This document shows positions 6,708-16,160 of a stretch of 21,935 bases of DNA, piece by piece. Within the stretch, counting starts at the first letter, position 1; each line of letters starts with the position of its first letter. The notes beneath the pieces were generated by a model. It was not told the DNA's origin. It searched no databases and worked only from the letters and a program-made list of their open reading frames with translations. Location of the stretch: positions 1 to 21,935 of the forward strand of contig JBGANF010000130.1 in the NCBI GenBank assembly GCA_044222475.1. Reading direction: 5' to 3'. This DNA is from Polyangiaceae bacterium. Lineage in GTDB: Bacteria > Myxococcota_A > Polyangia > Polyangiales > Polyangiaceae. Position numbers and translations under genes: made by a program.

Positions 6708-9683
6708 ATGCGGGCTGGGGAGCGGATTGGTGATCGCTACGTCGTGATCGGCGACCTCGGTGCAGGCGGCATGGGCGTCGTCGTGCGCGCGCGCGACGAG
6801 CGGCTCGGTCGCACGGTGGCGGTGAAGGTCCTCACTCCGGCCGCGCTCGGTGACGCGGCCGCGCGGGCACGGCTGGTGCGCGAGGCGCGCGCGGTCGCCG
6901 CGCTCGACCACCCCGGGATCGTCCACATGTACGACGTCGGCGCGACGGACGACGGTGGCGCGTACCTCGTGATGGAGCTCGTGAGCGGCAAGAGCCTCGG
7001 CGATCACCTGCGCGACGGAACGCTCTCTCGGGACAAGCGCATGACCGCCCTGCTCGAGGTGGGCCGAGCCCTGGCCTACGCGCACGAGAAGGGCTTCGTT
7101 CACCGTGACATCAAGCCGGACAACGTCATGATCCGCGAGGACGGTCGAGCGGTCGTCCTGGATTTCGGTCTCGCGAAGACGGTGGTGTCGGGGCTCGCGG
7201 CCACGGTCGATGCGGTGAGCGTGACGGCCAAAGGAGGCTTCGTCGGGACGCCGGCGTACGTCTCGCCGGAGCAGGCGCGCGGCGAAGAGGCCGGACCGGC
7301 CTCGGATCAGTTCGCACTCGCGGTGACCGTGTTCGAGGCGATGACCGGCACGTTGCCGTGGCGCGGCTCGACGGCCCTCGAGGTCATCAGCGAGGTCCTC
7401 AAAGGCGAACCGAGCTCGATGCGGGACCGCGACGCCGGCGTCCCGGAGGCGCTCGATCGCGCGGTCGCGCGCGCTCTCGCGAAGGACCCGCGTGATCGCT
7501 TCCCGGACGTCGAGTCGTTCGTGTCGGCTCTCGCGGCCTCTTCGGCGGACGTCGGAGACGGCGCGGTCTCCGTCCCATCGGTCCGGACGACCGCGTCCGC
7601 GGAGACGGCGGCGGCGTCGACCTTGGTCGATCGACCGACGACGCCGCGGACTGCGGTGGCCCGCTTCGCGCCCTTGGTCGTCGTGTTCCTCTTGGTCGCT
7701 CTCGGCGGAGGGTACCTCTACGATCGTGGGCATCGCTCCAACCCTGCGCCTGCACCAGCGCCACCGTCGCCGCTGGCCGCCGACGGATCGATCGTGGCGT
7801 GCCCGCTCCTCGCCGCGTCCGACAAGGAGGCGCCGAGCTCCGCGTGGCTCGGTGCCGCGGCGGCCGCCCTCGTGTGCGAGCGCGCTCAGCTGATGCTCGG
7901 TGGGGACCCGGCGCGCACGCTCGTCGCCGCGGAGCTCCTCGATCTTCCGCGCGAGCCGACGGAAGATTTCCCGACCCTCCCGTTCGACGACCCCAAAGCG
8001 CGCGACATGACCCTTGCTCACGCCAAGGAGCGAGCCGCCGCGTTCATCGACGGCAGCGTCGATTTCGACGGCGGTTTCCACGTCGCGCTCGTGCTCCGCG
8101 CCAAGGATGGTACCGAGATCGCGAAGGGCGATGCTCGCGCCGCTTCGCTGCTCGCGGCGATCGCCGATGCGATGAATCCGCTTCGGGCGTCTCTCCCGAC
8201 GCCGAAAGAGGCGCCGTTCCTCACGACGTGGTGGCTCGGCGCTTCGGTCGACGCCGCGCTCGATCTCCACGACCTCCACGTCTACGACGTCAACGAGGAC
8301 GAGATGTCTCGGCGTGCGCAGTGCGCACGGGTGCGGGCGCGCAACGACCTCGGCGGAATGGCGACGTTCGCCAACGCGCTCTGCGCGGGGCTCCTGTTCG
8401 AGCCTGCGCCGCCGATGCCAACGCTCGACGCCACGTCGCCGGCGACCCTGTTGACGACGGCAGCGACCCTTCGCTTCGCGCCCACCACCGACGAGTCGGC
8501 GCGCGCGGCGCAGCGCGATCGCATCAAGGCGCTCGCCGACGCTGCGGCGAAAGAACCGACGCCACTCGGCAAAGCGCTTCTCCTCGGCGTCGGTGCGGAG
8601 CTCGCGTACTACGCCTTGAGCGACATCTCGAAGGCGGCCGACGGGGCGCGCGGTTCGATCCAGGGTTCGCCGAAGCTGGTCGACGTTCGCGCCAATGCCT
8701 GGCATCGCCAAGCGGTCGCGACCGGCGGCGGCTCGAACTACTACGTGCTCAACGCTCACGCCGCGTGGCTGCCGTGGGAGTCGTTCGCCCACTCCAACCT
8801 GTCGCGGATGCACGACGGCGACATTGGGCAGCCGTCGCCCGAAGGCATGCGGCGCGCGGCGCTGTTGGGGCACACGGGCTTCTGGCCTCGCAACTACGCC
8901 GAGTACCTGGTCGGCAATGGCAAGGTCCAGGCGGCGACGTCGTTCGCGGTCCAGCTCGATAGCGACTACCTCCGCGCTCTCATCCTCCACGCGCAGAGCA
9001 AGCCGAAGGCGGCGCTCGATCTGGCGACGAGCGCCCTCGCGACGCTCCCCGCTCGCGCCGAGAACGGCGGCATCGCAGCTCGACTCGCGGCCATCTCGAT
9101 CGACATCGCGGCGTTCCTCGAGGTGAAGACGTCCGCTGGGAGCGACTATTTTTCACGGTTCGTTCAGCCGGATCCGCCGGCGATGACCCACGGGATCGTG
9201 ACGTTCTTCAGCACGGTCGGGGTGTGCTTCGGGTTCGACAAGTCGATGGGCCTCGCGTGCTTCGGTCGTTTGCAGACGTTGTTCGACGCTGGCTACTTCG
9301 GGGCCGCACTCGATGGCGCGAAGGAGAGCCTCGAAGCCGGTCGCCGGTCGATGGCGGGCGACTTCGCGGGGGCCGCCAACGCGTGGCGACCGATCGCCCA
9401 CCTCGGCTTCGCGGGCGAGATCGTCTTGGGACCGCTGGGGCGCGTCTTCGTCCTCGGCGGGCTCGACGATGTCATCGCAAAGATGGACGCGGCGGTCGTC
9501 GAGCAAGGCAACACGCTCCCGAACGCCGACGCGGCCTACCTACGCGTCGCCCGGCGCGCCGTGCGGCGGGGCGACATGGTGACGGCGAGGAAGCTCGCGT
9601 CTGCCTTCGTGGCTCGGTGGGAGACGGCCGACATGGTCCCGCCAGCACTCGCGGAGATGCGCAAGCTCGTCGGCGAGAAATGA
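6708..9683 (+). CDS. Hanks-type Ser/Thr protein kinase, single TM, large extracytoplasmic helical domain
   Basis: LGAGGMGVV, VAVKVL, HRDIKPDN, DFGLAK, GTPAYVSPEQ, DQFA; TM segment FAPLVVVFLLVALGGGYLY; Ala-rich helical/TPR-like C-terminus. Confidence 0.93.
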   Translation: MRAGERIGDRYVVIGDLGAGGMGVVVRARDERLGRTVAVKVLTPAALGDAAARARLVREARAVAALDHPGIVHMYDVGATDDGGAYLVMELVSGKSLGDHLRDGTLSRDKRMTALLEVGRALAYAHEKGFVHRDIKPDNVMIREDGRAVVLDFGLAKTVVSGLAATVDAVSVTAKGGFVGTPAYVSPEQARGEEAGPASDQFALAVTVFEAMTGTLPWRGSTALEVISEVLKGEPSSMRDRDAGVPEALDRAVARALAKDPRDRFPDVESFVSALAASSADVGDGAVSVPSVRTTASAETAAASTLVDRPTTPRTAVARFAPLVVVFLLVALGGGYLYDRGHRSNPAPAPAPPSPLAADGSIVACPLLAASDKEAPSSAWLGAAAAALVCERAQLMLGGDPARTLVAAELLDLPREPTEDFPTLPFDDPKARDMTLAHAKERAAAFIDGSVDFDGGFHVALVLRAKDGTEIAKGDARAASLLAAIADAMNPLRASLPTPKEAPFLTTWWLGASVDAALDLHDLHVYDVNEDEMSRRAQCARVRARNDLGGMATFANALCAGLLFEPAPPMPTLDATSPATLLTTAATLRFAPTTDESARAAQRDRIKALADAAAKEPTPLGKALLLGVGAELAYYALSDISKAADGARGSIQGSPKLVDVRANAWHRQAVATGGGSNYYVLNAHAAWLPWESFAHSNLSRMHDGDIGQPSPEGMRRAALLGHTGFWPRNYAEYLVGNGKVQAATSFAVQLDSDYLRALILHAQSKPKAALDLATSALATLPARAENGGIAARLAAISIDIAAFLEVKTSAGSDYFSRFVQPDPPAMTHGIVTFFSTVGVCFGFDKSMGLACFGRLQTLFDAGYFGAALDGAKESLEAGRRSMAGDFAGAANAWRPIAHLGFAGEIVLGPLGRVFVLGGLDDVIAKMDAAVVEQGNTLPNADAAYLRVARRAVRRGDMVTARKLASAFVARWETADMVPPALAEMRKLVGEK

Positions 9684-9697
9684 TAGCGTGCAGTGCG

Positions 9698-10462
9698 ATG
9701 CGTAACGTCGTCTTCGCCGCCGCCCTCTTCGTCGCTGCATGTTCGCCCGCTGCGCGCGCGCCCGGGCCTTCGATCGCGGTACCCGCGCCCATCCAGGCCG
9801 CGGTCGACGCACCCGACCGCGCCGCCGACGATCGAGCGCTCGACGAAGGTCGGCACCCCGGCGAGATGCTCGCGTTCTTCGGGATCGCTCCGGGGATGAA
9901 GGTCGGCGAGATCGGCGCCGGAGACGGTTACACGACGGAGCTCCTGGCGCGCGTCGTGGGGCCGAACGGGGTGGTGTACGCCGAGAATCCGCCGGAGATC
10001 GCGGAGAAGTACTTCCTCAAGGAGTGGACGGCGCGGCTCGCGAAGCCGGTGAACTCCAACGTGGTCAACGACTATCGCGCGCCGGACGCTCCGTATCCGC
10101 CGCAGGCGAAGGATCTCGACGCCATCGTGTGCGTGCTCATCTACCACGACACGTATTGGTTCGGGACCGACCGGGCGAAGATGAACGCCGGCGTGTTCGG
10201 GGCGCTCAAGTCCGGTGGTGTCTACGGCATCGTCGATCACAGCGGGCGCGCGGGCACCGGTTCGACCGAGGTGCAGACGCTCCACCGGATCGAGGAGAAG
10301 ACGCTGATCGAAGACGTCGAGAAGGCGGGCTTCAAGCTCGTGGCCGAGGCGGACTTCCTGCGCCACCCGGAGGACGCGCGGGATTGGAACGTGTCGCCCG
10401 GCGCGGCGGGGCCGCGTCGTGGGAAGAGCGACCGGTTCGTGTTGAAGTTTCAGAAGCCGTGA
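9698..10462 (+). CDS. Predicted class I SAM-dependent methyltransferase, lipoprotein
   Basis: MRNVVFAAALFVAAC lipobox; RHPGEMLAFFG, motif I EIGAGDGYTT, YHD, LKSGGVYGIVDH, HRI, SDRFVLKFQKP (COG4798-like). Confidence 0.88.
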   Translation: MRNVVFAAALFVAACSPAARAPGPSIAVPAPIQAAVDAPDRAADDRALDEGRHPGEMLAFFGIAPGMKVGEIGAGDGYTTELLARVVGPNGVVYAENPPEIAEKYFLKEWTARLAKPVNSNVVNDYRAPDAPYPPQAKDLDAIVCVLIYHDTYWFGTDRAKMNAGVFGALKSGGVYGIVDHSGRAGTGSTEVQTLHRIEEKTLIEDVEKAGFKLVAEADFLRHPEDARDWNVSPGAAGPRRGKSDRFVLKFQKP

Positions 10463-10475
10463 CGGGCGGAGACTC

Positions 10476-11033
10476 TCACGGACAGTGATCGGTCGGCCGG
10501 CCTCGCGCCTCCACGATGTCGGGTCGACCATCGCCGTCGAGATCGATCTCCGTCGCCACGCGCCATTGGGCGTCGAGCTCTGGCGGTTCTTCGTCGCGTA
10601 GGACACTGCCGCGCGGCGCGATCGATTCCAGCGGTCCGACGGCGGTCGCCGTCTCGCGAGGCGGAATTCCGCCGTCCGCCCACGTGGCGCGGCGCCCGAA
10701 CTGGAATCCGCCGTCGCGCCAGGTGCCGGAGGTCGATGCGGTCTCTCCGGTCGACACGGCGATGCCGAGGTAGCCGCGGAGTCCAATCACTTGGAATCGA
10801 CTCCCTGGCGCTGGCGGCGGTCCGTCTCCCCAAATCGCGTCGCCGAACTGCGCGTCCTTCATCACGGCGTAGAGCTTCGGTGCCCCGGCTACCTCGAAGG
10901 GCTTGCACTCGGGATCCGCCGCGCGCAACGCGGCGTCGCGCTCCGCATCCGGGTTGCTCGACTCGACGGCGGGCGGACGGTGGTGCGCGCACGACGCGAG
11001 AGCGAAAATCATGAGCACCCAAAGGCGTCGCAC
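10476..11033 (-). CDS. Hypothetical lipoprotein with a C-terminal FG-GAP/EF-like DLDGDGRPD loop
   Basis: GTG 11033 gives MRRLWVLMIFALASC (lipobox); IDLDGDGRPDIV near the C-terminus. Alternative ATG at 11051. Confidence 0.6.
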   Translation of the reverse strand: MRRLWVLMIFALASCAHHRPPAVESSNPDAERDAALRAADPECKPFEVAGAPKLYAVMKDAQFGDAIWGDGPPPAPGSRFQVIGLRGYLGIAVSTGETASTSGTWRDGGFQFGRRATWADGGIPPRETATAVGPLESIAPRGSVLRDEEPPELDAQWRVATEIDLDGDGRPDIVEARGRPTDHCP

Positions 11034-11071
11034 GAGGCCATCGTAGCGCATGGATCGGCGGGTCGGCTGGG

Positions 11072-11099
11072 TTGACGGCGGACCTCGAGTGATTAATCT
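11072..11099 (+). promoter_or_regulatory. Putative sigma70-type promoter of the RAYT gene
   Basis: TTGACG (11072-11077), 16-nt spacer, TAATCT (11094-11099); the palindrome GATTAATC overlaps the -10. Confidence 0.4.
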
Positions 11100-11111
11100 G
11101 CCCCTATTCAA

Positions 11112-11759
11112 GTGACGAAGCAGCTCGACCTTCCTCTCGCCAAACGCACGTGGGGCGGCGCTCGTCCAGGCGCCGGACGGAAGCCGGGCGGCCGGCGCAC
11201 CGTCGCTCACCGTGCGCGCGCGGTTCACCGCGCTCGTCATCCGGTGCACGTCACGCTGCGCGCGAGGGGAGGGCTACCGTCGTTTCGCGAGCGGGCGATC
11301 TTCGACGCGATGAAGGCCGCAATCGCCGCCGCGTCGGGCAGCGCGTTTCGCGTGATTCACTTTTCGGTGCAGACGAACCACGTTCATCTCATCGTCGAGG
11401 CGCGTGACGCGCGTGCGCTCTCGTCCGGCATGCTCAGCCTCGGAGTGCGCATGGCTCGCGCGATCAACCGCGTCCTCCAGATCAGCGGCTCCGTGTGGAA
11501 GGAGCGCTACCACGCTCGTGCCCTCGAGACTCCGCGGGAGGTACGGAACGCCATCGTCTACGTGCTGATGAACGCCAAAAAGCACGGGGTGCGTCTCACC
11601 GGTCTCGATCGCTTCTCGTCGGCGCAGTGGTTCGATGGCTTCGCCGAGGTGAGCCCTTCGTCGACGGAGCGGCCGATCGCTGCCGCGAAGACGTGGCTCG
11701 CCGACGTCGGCTGGCGAACGGGAGGGCTGATTCGGCTCGACGAGCGGCCCCAGCCGTAG
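11112..11759 (+). CDS. REP-associated tyrosine transposase-like protein (RAYT; IS200-family Y1 HUH)
   Basis: PVHVTLR, HFSVQTNHVHLIVEA (HUH), G.VWKERYH, catalytic Tyr in YVLMN, basic WGGARPGAGRKP N-terminal arm. Confidence 0.88.
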   Translation: MTKQLDLPLAKRTWGGARPGAGRKPGGRRTVAHRARAVHRARHPVHVTLRARGGLPSFRERAIFDAMKAAIAAASGSAFRVIHFSVQTNHVHLIVEARDARALSSGMLSLGVRMARAINRVLQISGSVWKERYHARALETPREVRNAIVYVLMNAKKHGVRLTGLDRFSSAQWFDGFAEVSPSSTERPIAAAKTWLADVGWRTGGLIRLDERPQP

Positions 11760-11781
11760 CCGTCCGGAACGGGCGATCTTC

Positions 11782-11798
11782 ATTACCTCCCAGGTCAT
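11782..11798. promoter_or_regulatory. Palindromic operator upstream of the DUF2834-like/XRE operon
   Basis: ATTACCT-CCC-AGGTCAT: 7-3-7 inverted repeat with 1 mismatch, relatively AT-rich in a GC-rich background. Confidence 0.55.
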
Positions 11799-11853
11799 CG
11801 CCACCATGACTCGGAGAACCCATCCTCCTGCCACCACCAAGGAGGTTCCCACC

Positions 11854-12180
11854 ATGGCACGCGCGATCTTCGTCACTCTCTTGTTCCTCGGGTTCTCGGC
11901 GTACTCCCTCGGCGTCACGCACGAGCACGGCTTCCTCGCCGCCTTCGAGGTCCCCCTCCGCGGAGGGTGGAACACCCAGGAGTTTCTCGACCTGTGCATC
12001 TCGCTCTTCGTCGCTTCGGTGTGGATGCGCCGTGATGCCCGGGAGAAGAAGCTCCCGTTCTGGCCGTTCGCCATCGCCTGCATCCCGCTCGGCTCGATGT
12101 CCGTCCTGGCCTACGCGAGCTGGAGCGCGTGGGTCTCGTGGGCCTCGCAGCGTCGGGCCCTGGCCCCGGCGGTGGTATGA
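11854..12180 (+). CDS. Small membrane protein, DUF2834-like
   Basis: RBS AAGGAGG at 11839-11845; about 3-4 hydrophobic helices; FLDL.I.L.V..VWM..DAR..K...W pattern. Confidence 0.75.
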   Translation: MARAIFVTLLFLGFSAYSLGVTHEHGFLAAFEVPLRGGWNTQEFLDLCISLFVASVWMRRDAREKKLPFWPFAIACIPLGSMSVLAYASWSAWVSWASQRRALAPAVV

Positions 12181-12989
12181 CCGTCCTCATGCCCCTCTCC
12201 CGGTCGAAACCGAAGCGACGCGAGGCCGGCTGCGGCCGCCTCCTCCGGTACTGGCGCGACGTCCGCAAGATGAGCCAGCTCGATCTGGCCACCCAGTCGG
12301 GCGTGTCGTCGCGTCACATCAGCTTCGTCGAGTCCGGAAAGTCGGTTCCCAGTCGCGAGCTCCTGCTGGCCCTCGCCGAAGCGCTAGACGTGCCGCTGCG
12401 CGAGCGCAACGCGCTGCTGCACGCCGCAGGGTACGCCCACCTCTACGAGCTCCGCTCGATCGACGCCCCCGAGCTCGCCCCCGTCCTGAAGTCGCTGCGC
12501 GCCGTCGTCGAACGGATGAACCCGTTTCCGACGGCCGCGCTCGACGCTCAGTGGAACCTGCTCTTCCTGAACACCGCGGCCGAGCGTCTCTTCGGTCCGC
12601 TCCTCGCGACCTCGAGCGAGCGCAACTTCGCGCGCTTGTTCTTCCGCCCGGAGATGCGCGTCGTCGTCGAGAACTGGGACGAGATGGCCGAGCACTTCGT
12701 GCAGCGCCTTCACCGCGAGGCGCTGTCCGACCCGCGCTCGCGCGCCCTCGTCGAAGACATCCTCGCCACGAGCGACGTCCCGCGCGAGCTCCATCGGCCG
12801 AACCTCGCGCACACGCCGTCGCCGCTGCTCGCCGCCCGCATCAAGGCGGGCGACGCGCGGCTCACGCTCTTCACGACGATCACGACGCTCGGAACGGCGC
12901 AGGACGTCGCGCTGTCCGAGCTTCGGATCGAGTCCTACCTCCCCGCCGACGACGAGACCGAGGCCTTCTTGCGTGCATCAATCACGTGA
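12177..12989 (+). CDS. XRE-family HTH regulator with MmyB-like (PAS-like) ligand-binding domain
   Basis: LRYWR..RKMSQLDLA..SGVSSRHISFVESGKS.PSRE; LRERNALL.AAGYA; FTTITTLGTAQDV..SELRIE..PAD..T; ATGA overlap with the upstream stop. Confidence 0.92.
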   Translation: MTVLMPLSRSKPKRREAGCGRLLRYWRDVRKMSQLDLATQSGVSSRHISFVESGKSVPSRELLLALAEALDVPLRERNALLHAAGYAHLYELRSIDAPELAPVLKSLRAVVERMNPFPTAALDAQWNLLFLNTAAERLFGPLLATSSERNFARLFFRPEMRVVVENWDEMAEHFVQRLHREALSDPRSRALVEDILATSDVPRELHRPNLAHTPSPLLAARIKAGDARLTLFTTITTLGTAQDVALSELRIESYLPADDETEAFLRASIT

Positions 12990-13005
12990 CTGAGCACGTC
13001 ATGGA

Positions 13006-16000
13006 TCACTTCGGCACGGAGCAGCTGATCGGCTCGGCCTCGGTCACCATCTTCGTCTTGTCCTTGGGGTCCGGCGCGCGGCGGAAGCGCCACCCGCTGA
13101 ACGCGTTGTTCGGCTCGGGGTAGATGAACGCCGTCTGATCGGAGCCCGTCGCGGTGTACGCCGAGGTGCAGAGCTTCCCCGCAGCGGTGGCGTGCATGAT
13201 GCGGGTGTAGCCGAGCAGGGGCGACCAGTCCTTCGCCGTGCCCATGTCGAGCTTGAGCGTCCGCTTGTCGGCGGCGTACGTCGTCACCTGATAGCGGTTG
13301 CGCCCGGCCTTGGCGTCGCAGATCGCGTCGGCTGCGTTCGAGTCGACCGGGATCGCAGCCGGCGGCTCGTCGGGGAGCGGCATGTCGACACCGAACAGCG
13401 TCACCGGGAAGTAGCCGCGCTGGATGCCGAGCATCCCCTTGTCACCGAACAGCGAGAGCGACGGCATCGCGCTCGCGTCGAGGCCCCACGCCTTCGTCGA
13501 CCACGTCTTTCCGTCGTCGGAGACGTTGACGATCGCGTTTCCGACCTCGGAGTCTTGGAGGATCCACCGCTTGCCTACGTGGGCGGCGTTGCGGACGCTC
13601 ATCGACGGCGGAAGCGCGATCGGCTCGACCTTGCCGTCGTCGTGGATGAAGTTCATCGCGTCGTCGTCGGAGCCGCGGAAGAGCAGACCGCCGTCGACGA
13701 TCTGCGCCGTGCCGCTGAACCCGTAGCGCGACACGCGGAACGGCTTCATCTGAGGCATCGTCTTCTTGACCACCTTGCCGGTGATCGCCGAGTACCAGGT
13801 GAGCTCCACGTCGACCGGGTTGAGCCCCGCGCCGGTCTTCGTCTGGAACGCGTAGCGCGCGAAGACGATCCCGTCTTGGAGCGTGGTCTGACCCGAGCGT
13901 CGCTCGGGCGGGGGCGGCGGCGGCTTCGTGCCCGGCGCCGGCGGCTTCGCCGGAGCGGACGGATCCTTCGGCGCAGGGCCCTGGAGCGCGACCTCGCGGG
14001 TGCCCGTCTTGGTCCCGAGGACGAGCGTCGTCTTGCCGTCGGGGTCGTGCTTGACGAAGCCCCAGCGCACGTCGCCCGAGCGCGTGTCGACCATGTCGGT
14101 GTAGGGCGTCTGCGAGACGCGCGCGACCGCGCCCGACGACTTGCACGTCAGCGCGAGGCGCGGAAGTCCGAGCGTCGGCGTCGCGACCGGCGGGGCACCG
14201 TGCGGTGCCGGCGTCGGCTGCGGCGTCGCCTGCGCCGTGATCTTCTCCGGGTTCTGGATCACCGGGATGTCCCACCCGACGCGCGCAGCGCCGCCGTTGA
14301 GGCAGCCGGCCGGCGAGCAGGTGATCCCCTGCGCGAAGCCGTTGGTCGCGACGCGCATCCAAGTCTCGCCGCCGTCGGCGGTCTCGTAGCCCTTCTCGTG
14401 GCCGCCGAAGAGGAGCCCGCGCGGTCCGGCGAACGACATCGTCCCCGACGGCGCCGGGACGTACACGGTCGGCATGTCCTTGGCGTCGGCGCCGCGGCGG
14501 TGGACGATCCACTGGTCGTGGCCGTTGTCGCGCTCGAACACGCGGAGGACGCCCTTCTCATCGACGGACATCGCGACGTCGACGTCGCTGTCGATGTCGA
14601 GCATCTTCGACCGCGTGAACTTGTTCATCGAGAGCGGCGACTCGTAGACGTGGAGCCGGTCCTGGTGCTTGCCGATCGCGTAGACGCGGTCGTGCGCCTC
14701 GTCGAAGGCGAAGCTCTGGGGCGAGAACTCTTCGACGAACGCGAGGTCCTCGAACGCCTTGGCGCCGGCGGGCTTGATCTGGCGGTGACCGCAGCTGTTG
14801 TCCTCCGAGTCTTCGGGCCGATAGCCGTAGCCCTCGCCTTCGTCGTCGTCACCGTCCTCGTCGTCGCCGTGGTAGCCGTCGTCGTCGTCGTCGTGCGACT
14901 GGCAGAGCGACGTCACGAACGTCCAACCCTTGGGGCCGACGGTGAGCTCGGCGCCGTCCGCGCTTCGCGAGCTCGTACCGTCGATCGTGCCGTCCTTGAC
15001 CCAGGTCGCGCCGTAGTCCTTGCTGCGGAAGATCGTCGTCGAGTCGCCTTCCTCTTCGCCGTCGGCGCGGAGGTAGACGATCTCCGACCCGTACCCCGCG
15101 ACGAGAACCGCGAGCCCGCGGTCACTGTAGAGCTCCGGCACCTTCACCGGCGCGCCGAGCTTGTCCCCGATCTTCGCGGAGGAGACCTCGATCTCCTTCG
15201 ATTCTTCGGTGCGCAGCACGAACTCGACGACGCGCTCGCCGCTGAGGATCGTCAGCACGTCGGCGCGGTCGTCGAGGGGGGCCGCACCCGGCAGCGCGCC
15301 CTTGAGGATCGGCTCGGGCGACTCGGTCGTCACGCTGACCGAGTTGCCGTCGAGCTTGGCGCGCTTCGACTGCACGCCGTCGAGGAAGACGCGACCTTTA
15401 CCATCTCGGTACACGCGCTTCGCTCCGATGCCCGGGGATGCGACCGGCGCCCACGTCGCGCCGTCGTCGTGGGTCACGTAGAGCTTCTGGGGGAAGTGGA
15501 GGAGGAGGCCGTTGCCCTTGCCGTCGAGGGCGAGCGTCCCGACCTTGCCGTACGGCTTGGATGCGCCGGCGTAGTCGACGGGCTTCCAGCTCGCGCCGCC
15601 GTCGGCAGTGCGGAGGACGCGACCGTCGGGCGCGATGCCCATGACCGCGGTCTTGCCAGTCGTGATGGAGCTCAAACGGCCGGCGTTCGGCGCGTCACCG
15701 AGGGGCCCTTCCTTCACGGTGTCGAGCGGCCCGAGCGCGGTAGGCGAGGTGTAGATGTCACCGTCGTCGGCGACGAAAGAGAACTGCCCCTTGTCGTCCC
15801 GGACGACACCCACGAGGTTCTCGTACGAGAGCGTCGTCGCGTCGGTCGGCTCGGCGCCGGTCTTGACGATCGTGCGGCGTCCGTTGCGGCCGACGTAGAG
15901 CGTGCCCTCGTCGCCCATGTCGAGCTTCGCCACGAAGCCGCGCTCCGGCCTCGAGAAGACCCACTTGGCCCGCGTCGGCGGCGGCGGGGTGACCTTGGCC

Positions 16001-16107
16001 ACCGTCGTCACCGGCTTGGGCGTCACCGGTGGTGGCGTGCCACCGCAGGAGATCGCAGCGAGAACGAAGATCGTGGGGGCGAGGAGGAGGGTACGGGAGC
16101 GCAGCAT
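13006..16107 (-). CDS. Large lipoprotein with BNR/Asp-box beta-propeller repeats
   Basis: Lipobox AISC-GG; Asp-boxes TADGGASW, THDDGATW, SKDYGATW, TADGGETW, SDDGKTW; Pro-rich linkers; acidic insert. Confidence 0.85.
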   Translation of the reverse strand: MLRSRTLLLAPTIFVLAAISCGGTPPPVTPKPVTTVAKVTPPPPTRAKWVFSRPERGFVAKLDMGDEGTLYVGRNGRRTIVKTGAEPTDATTLSYENLVGVVRDDKGQFSFVADDGDIYTSPTALGPLDTVKEGPLGDAPNAGRLSSITTGKTAVMGIAPDGRVLRTADGGASWKPVDYAGASKPYGKVGTLALDGKGNGLLLHFPQKLYVTHDDGATWAPVASPGIGAKRVYRDGKGRVFLDGVQSKRAKLDGNSVSVTTESPEPILKGALPGAAPLDDRADVLTILSGERVVEFVLRTEESKEIEVSSAKIGDKLGAPVKVPELYSDRGLAVLVAGYGSEIVYLRADGEEEGDSTTIFRSKDYGATWVKDGTIDGTSSRSADGAELTVGPKGWTFVTSLCQSHDDDDDGYHGDDEDGDDDEGEGYGYRPEDSEDNSCGHRQIKPAGAKAFEDLAFVEEFSPQSFAFDEAHDRVYAIGKHQDRLHVYESPLSMNKFTRSKMLDIDSDVDVAMSVDEKGVLRVFERDNGHDQWIVHRRGADAKDMPTVYVPAPSGTMSFAGPRGLLFGGHEKGYETADGGETWMRVATNGFAQGITCSPAGCLNGGAARVGWDIPVIQNPEKITAQATPQPTPAPHGAPPVATPTLGLPRLALTCKSSGAVARVSQTPYTDMVDTRSGDVRWGFVKHDPDGKTTLVLGTKTGTREVALQGPAPKDPSAPAKPPAPGTKPPPPPPERRSGQTTLQDGIVFARYAFQTKTGAGLNPVDVELTWYSAITGKVVKKTMPQMKPFRVSRYGFSGTAQIVDGGLLFRGSDDDAMNFIHDDGKVEPIALPPSMSVRNAAHVGKRWILQDSEVGNAIVNVSDDGKTWSTKAWGLDASAMPSLSLFGDKGMLGIQRGYFPVTLFGVDMPLPDEPPAAIPVDSNAADAICDAKAGRNRYQVTTYAADKRTLKLDMGTAKDWSPLLGYTRIMHATAAGKLCTSAYTATGSDQTAFIYPEPNNAFSGWRFRRAPDPKDKTKMVTEAEPISCSVPK

Positions 16108-16160
16108 CGGCGCAGCATAGAGAGCGCGCCGCCCTTTCGGAAGAGGGTTCGCTCAGCCCG

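Noticed and set aside
11112..11759. Complete IS200/IS605 element
   Set aside because: No tnpB and no convincing subterminal hairpin pair; the protein motifs fit the RAYT type.
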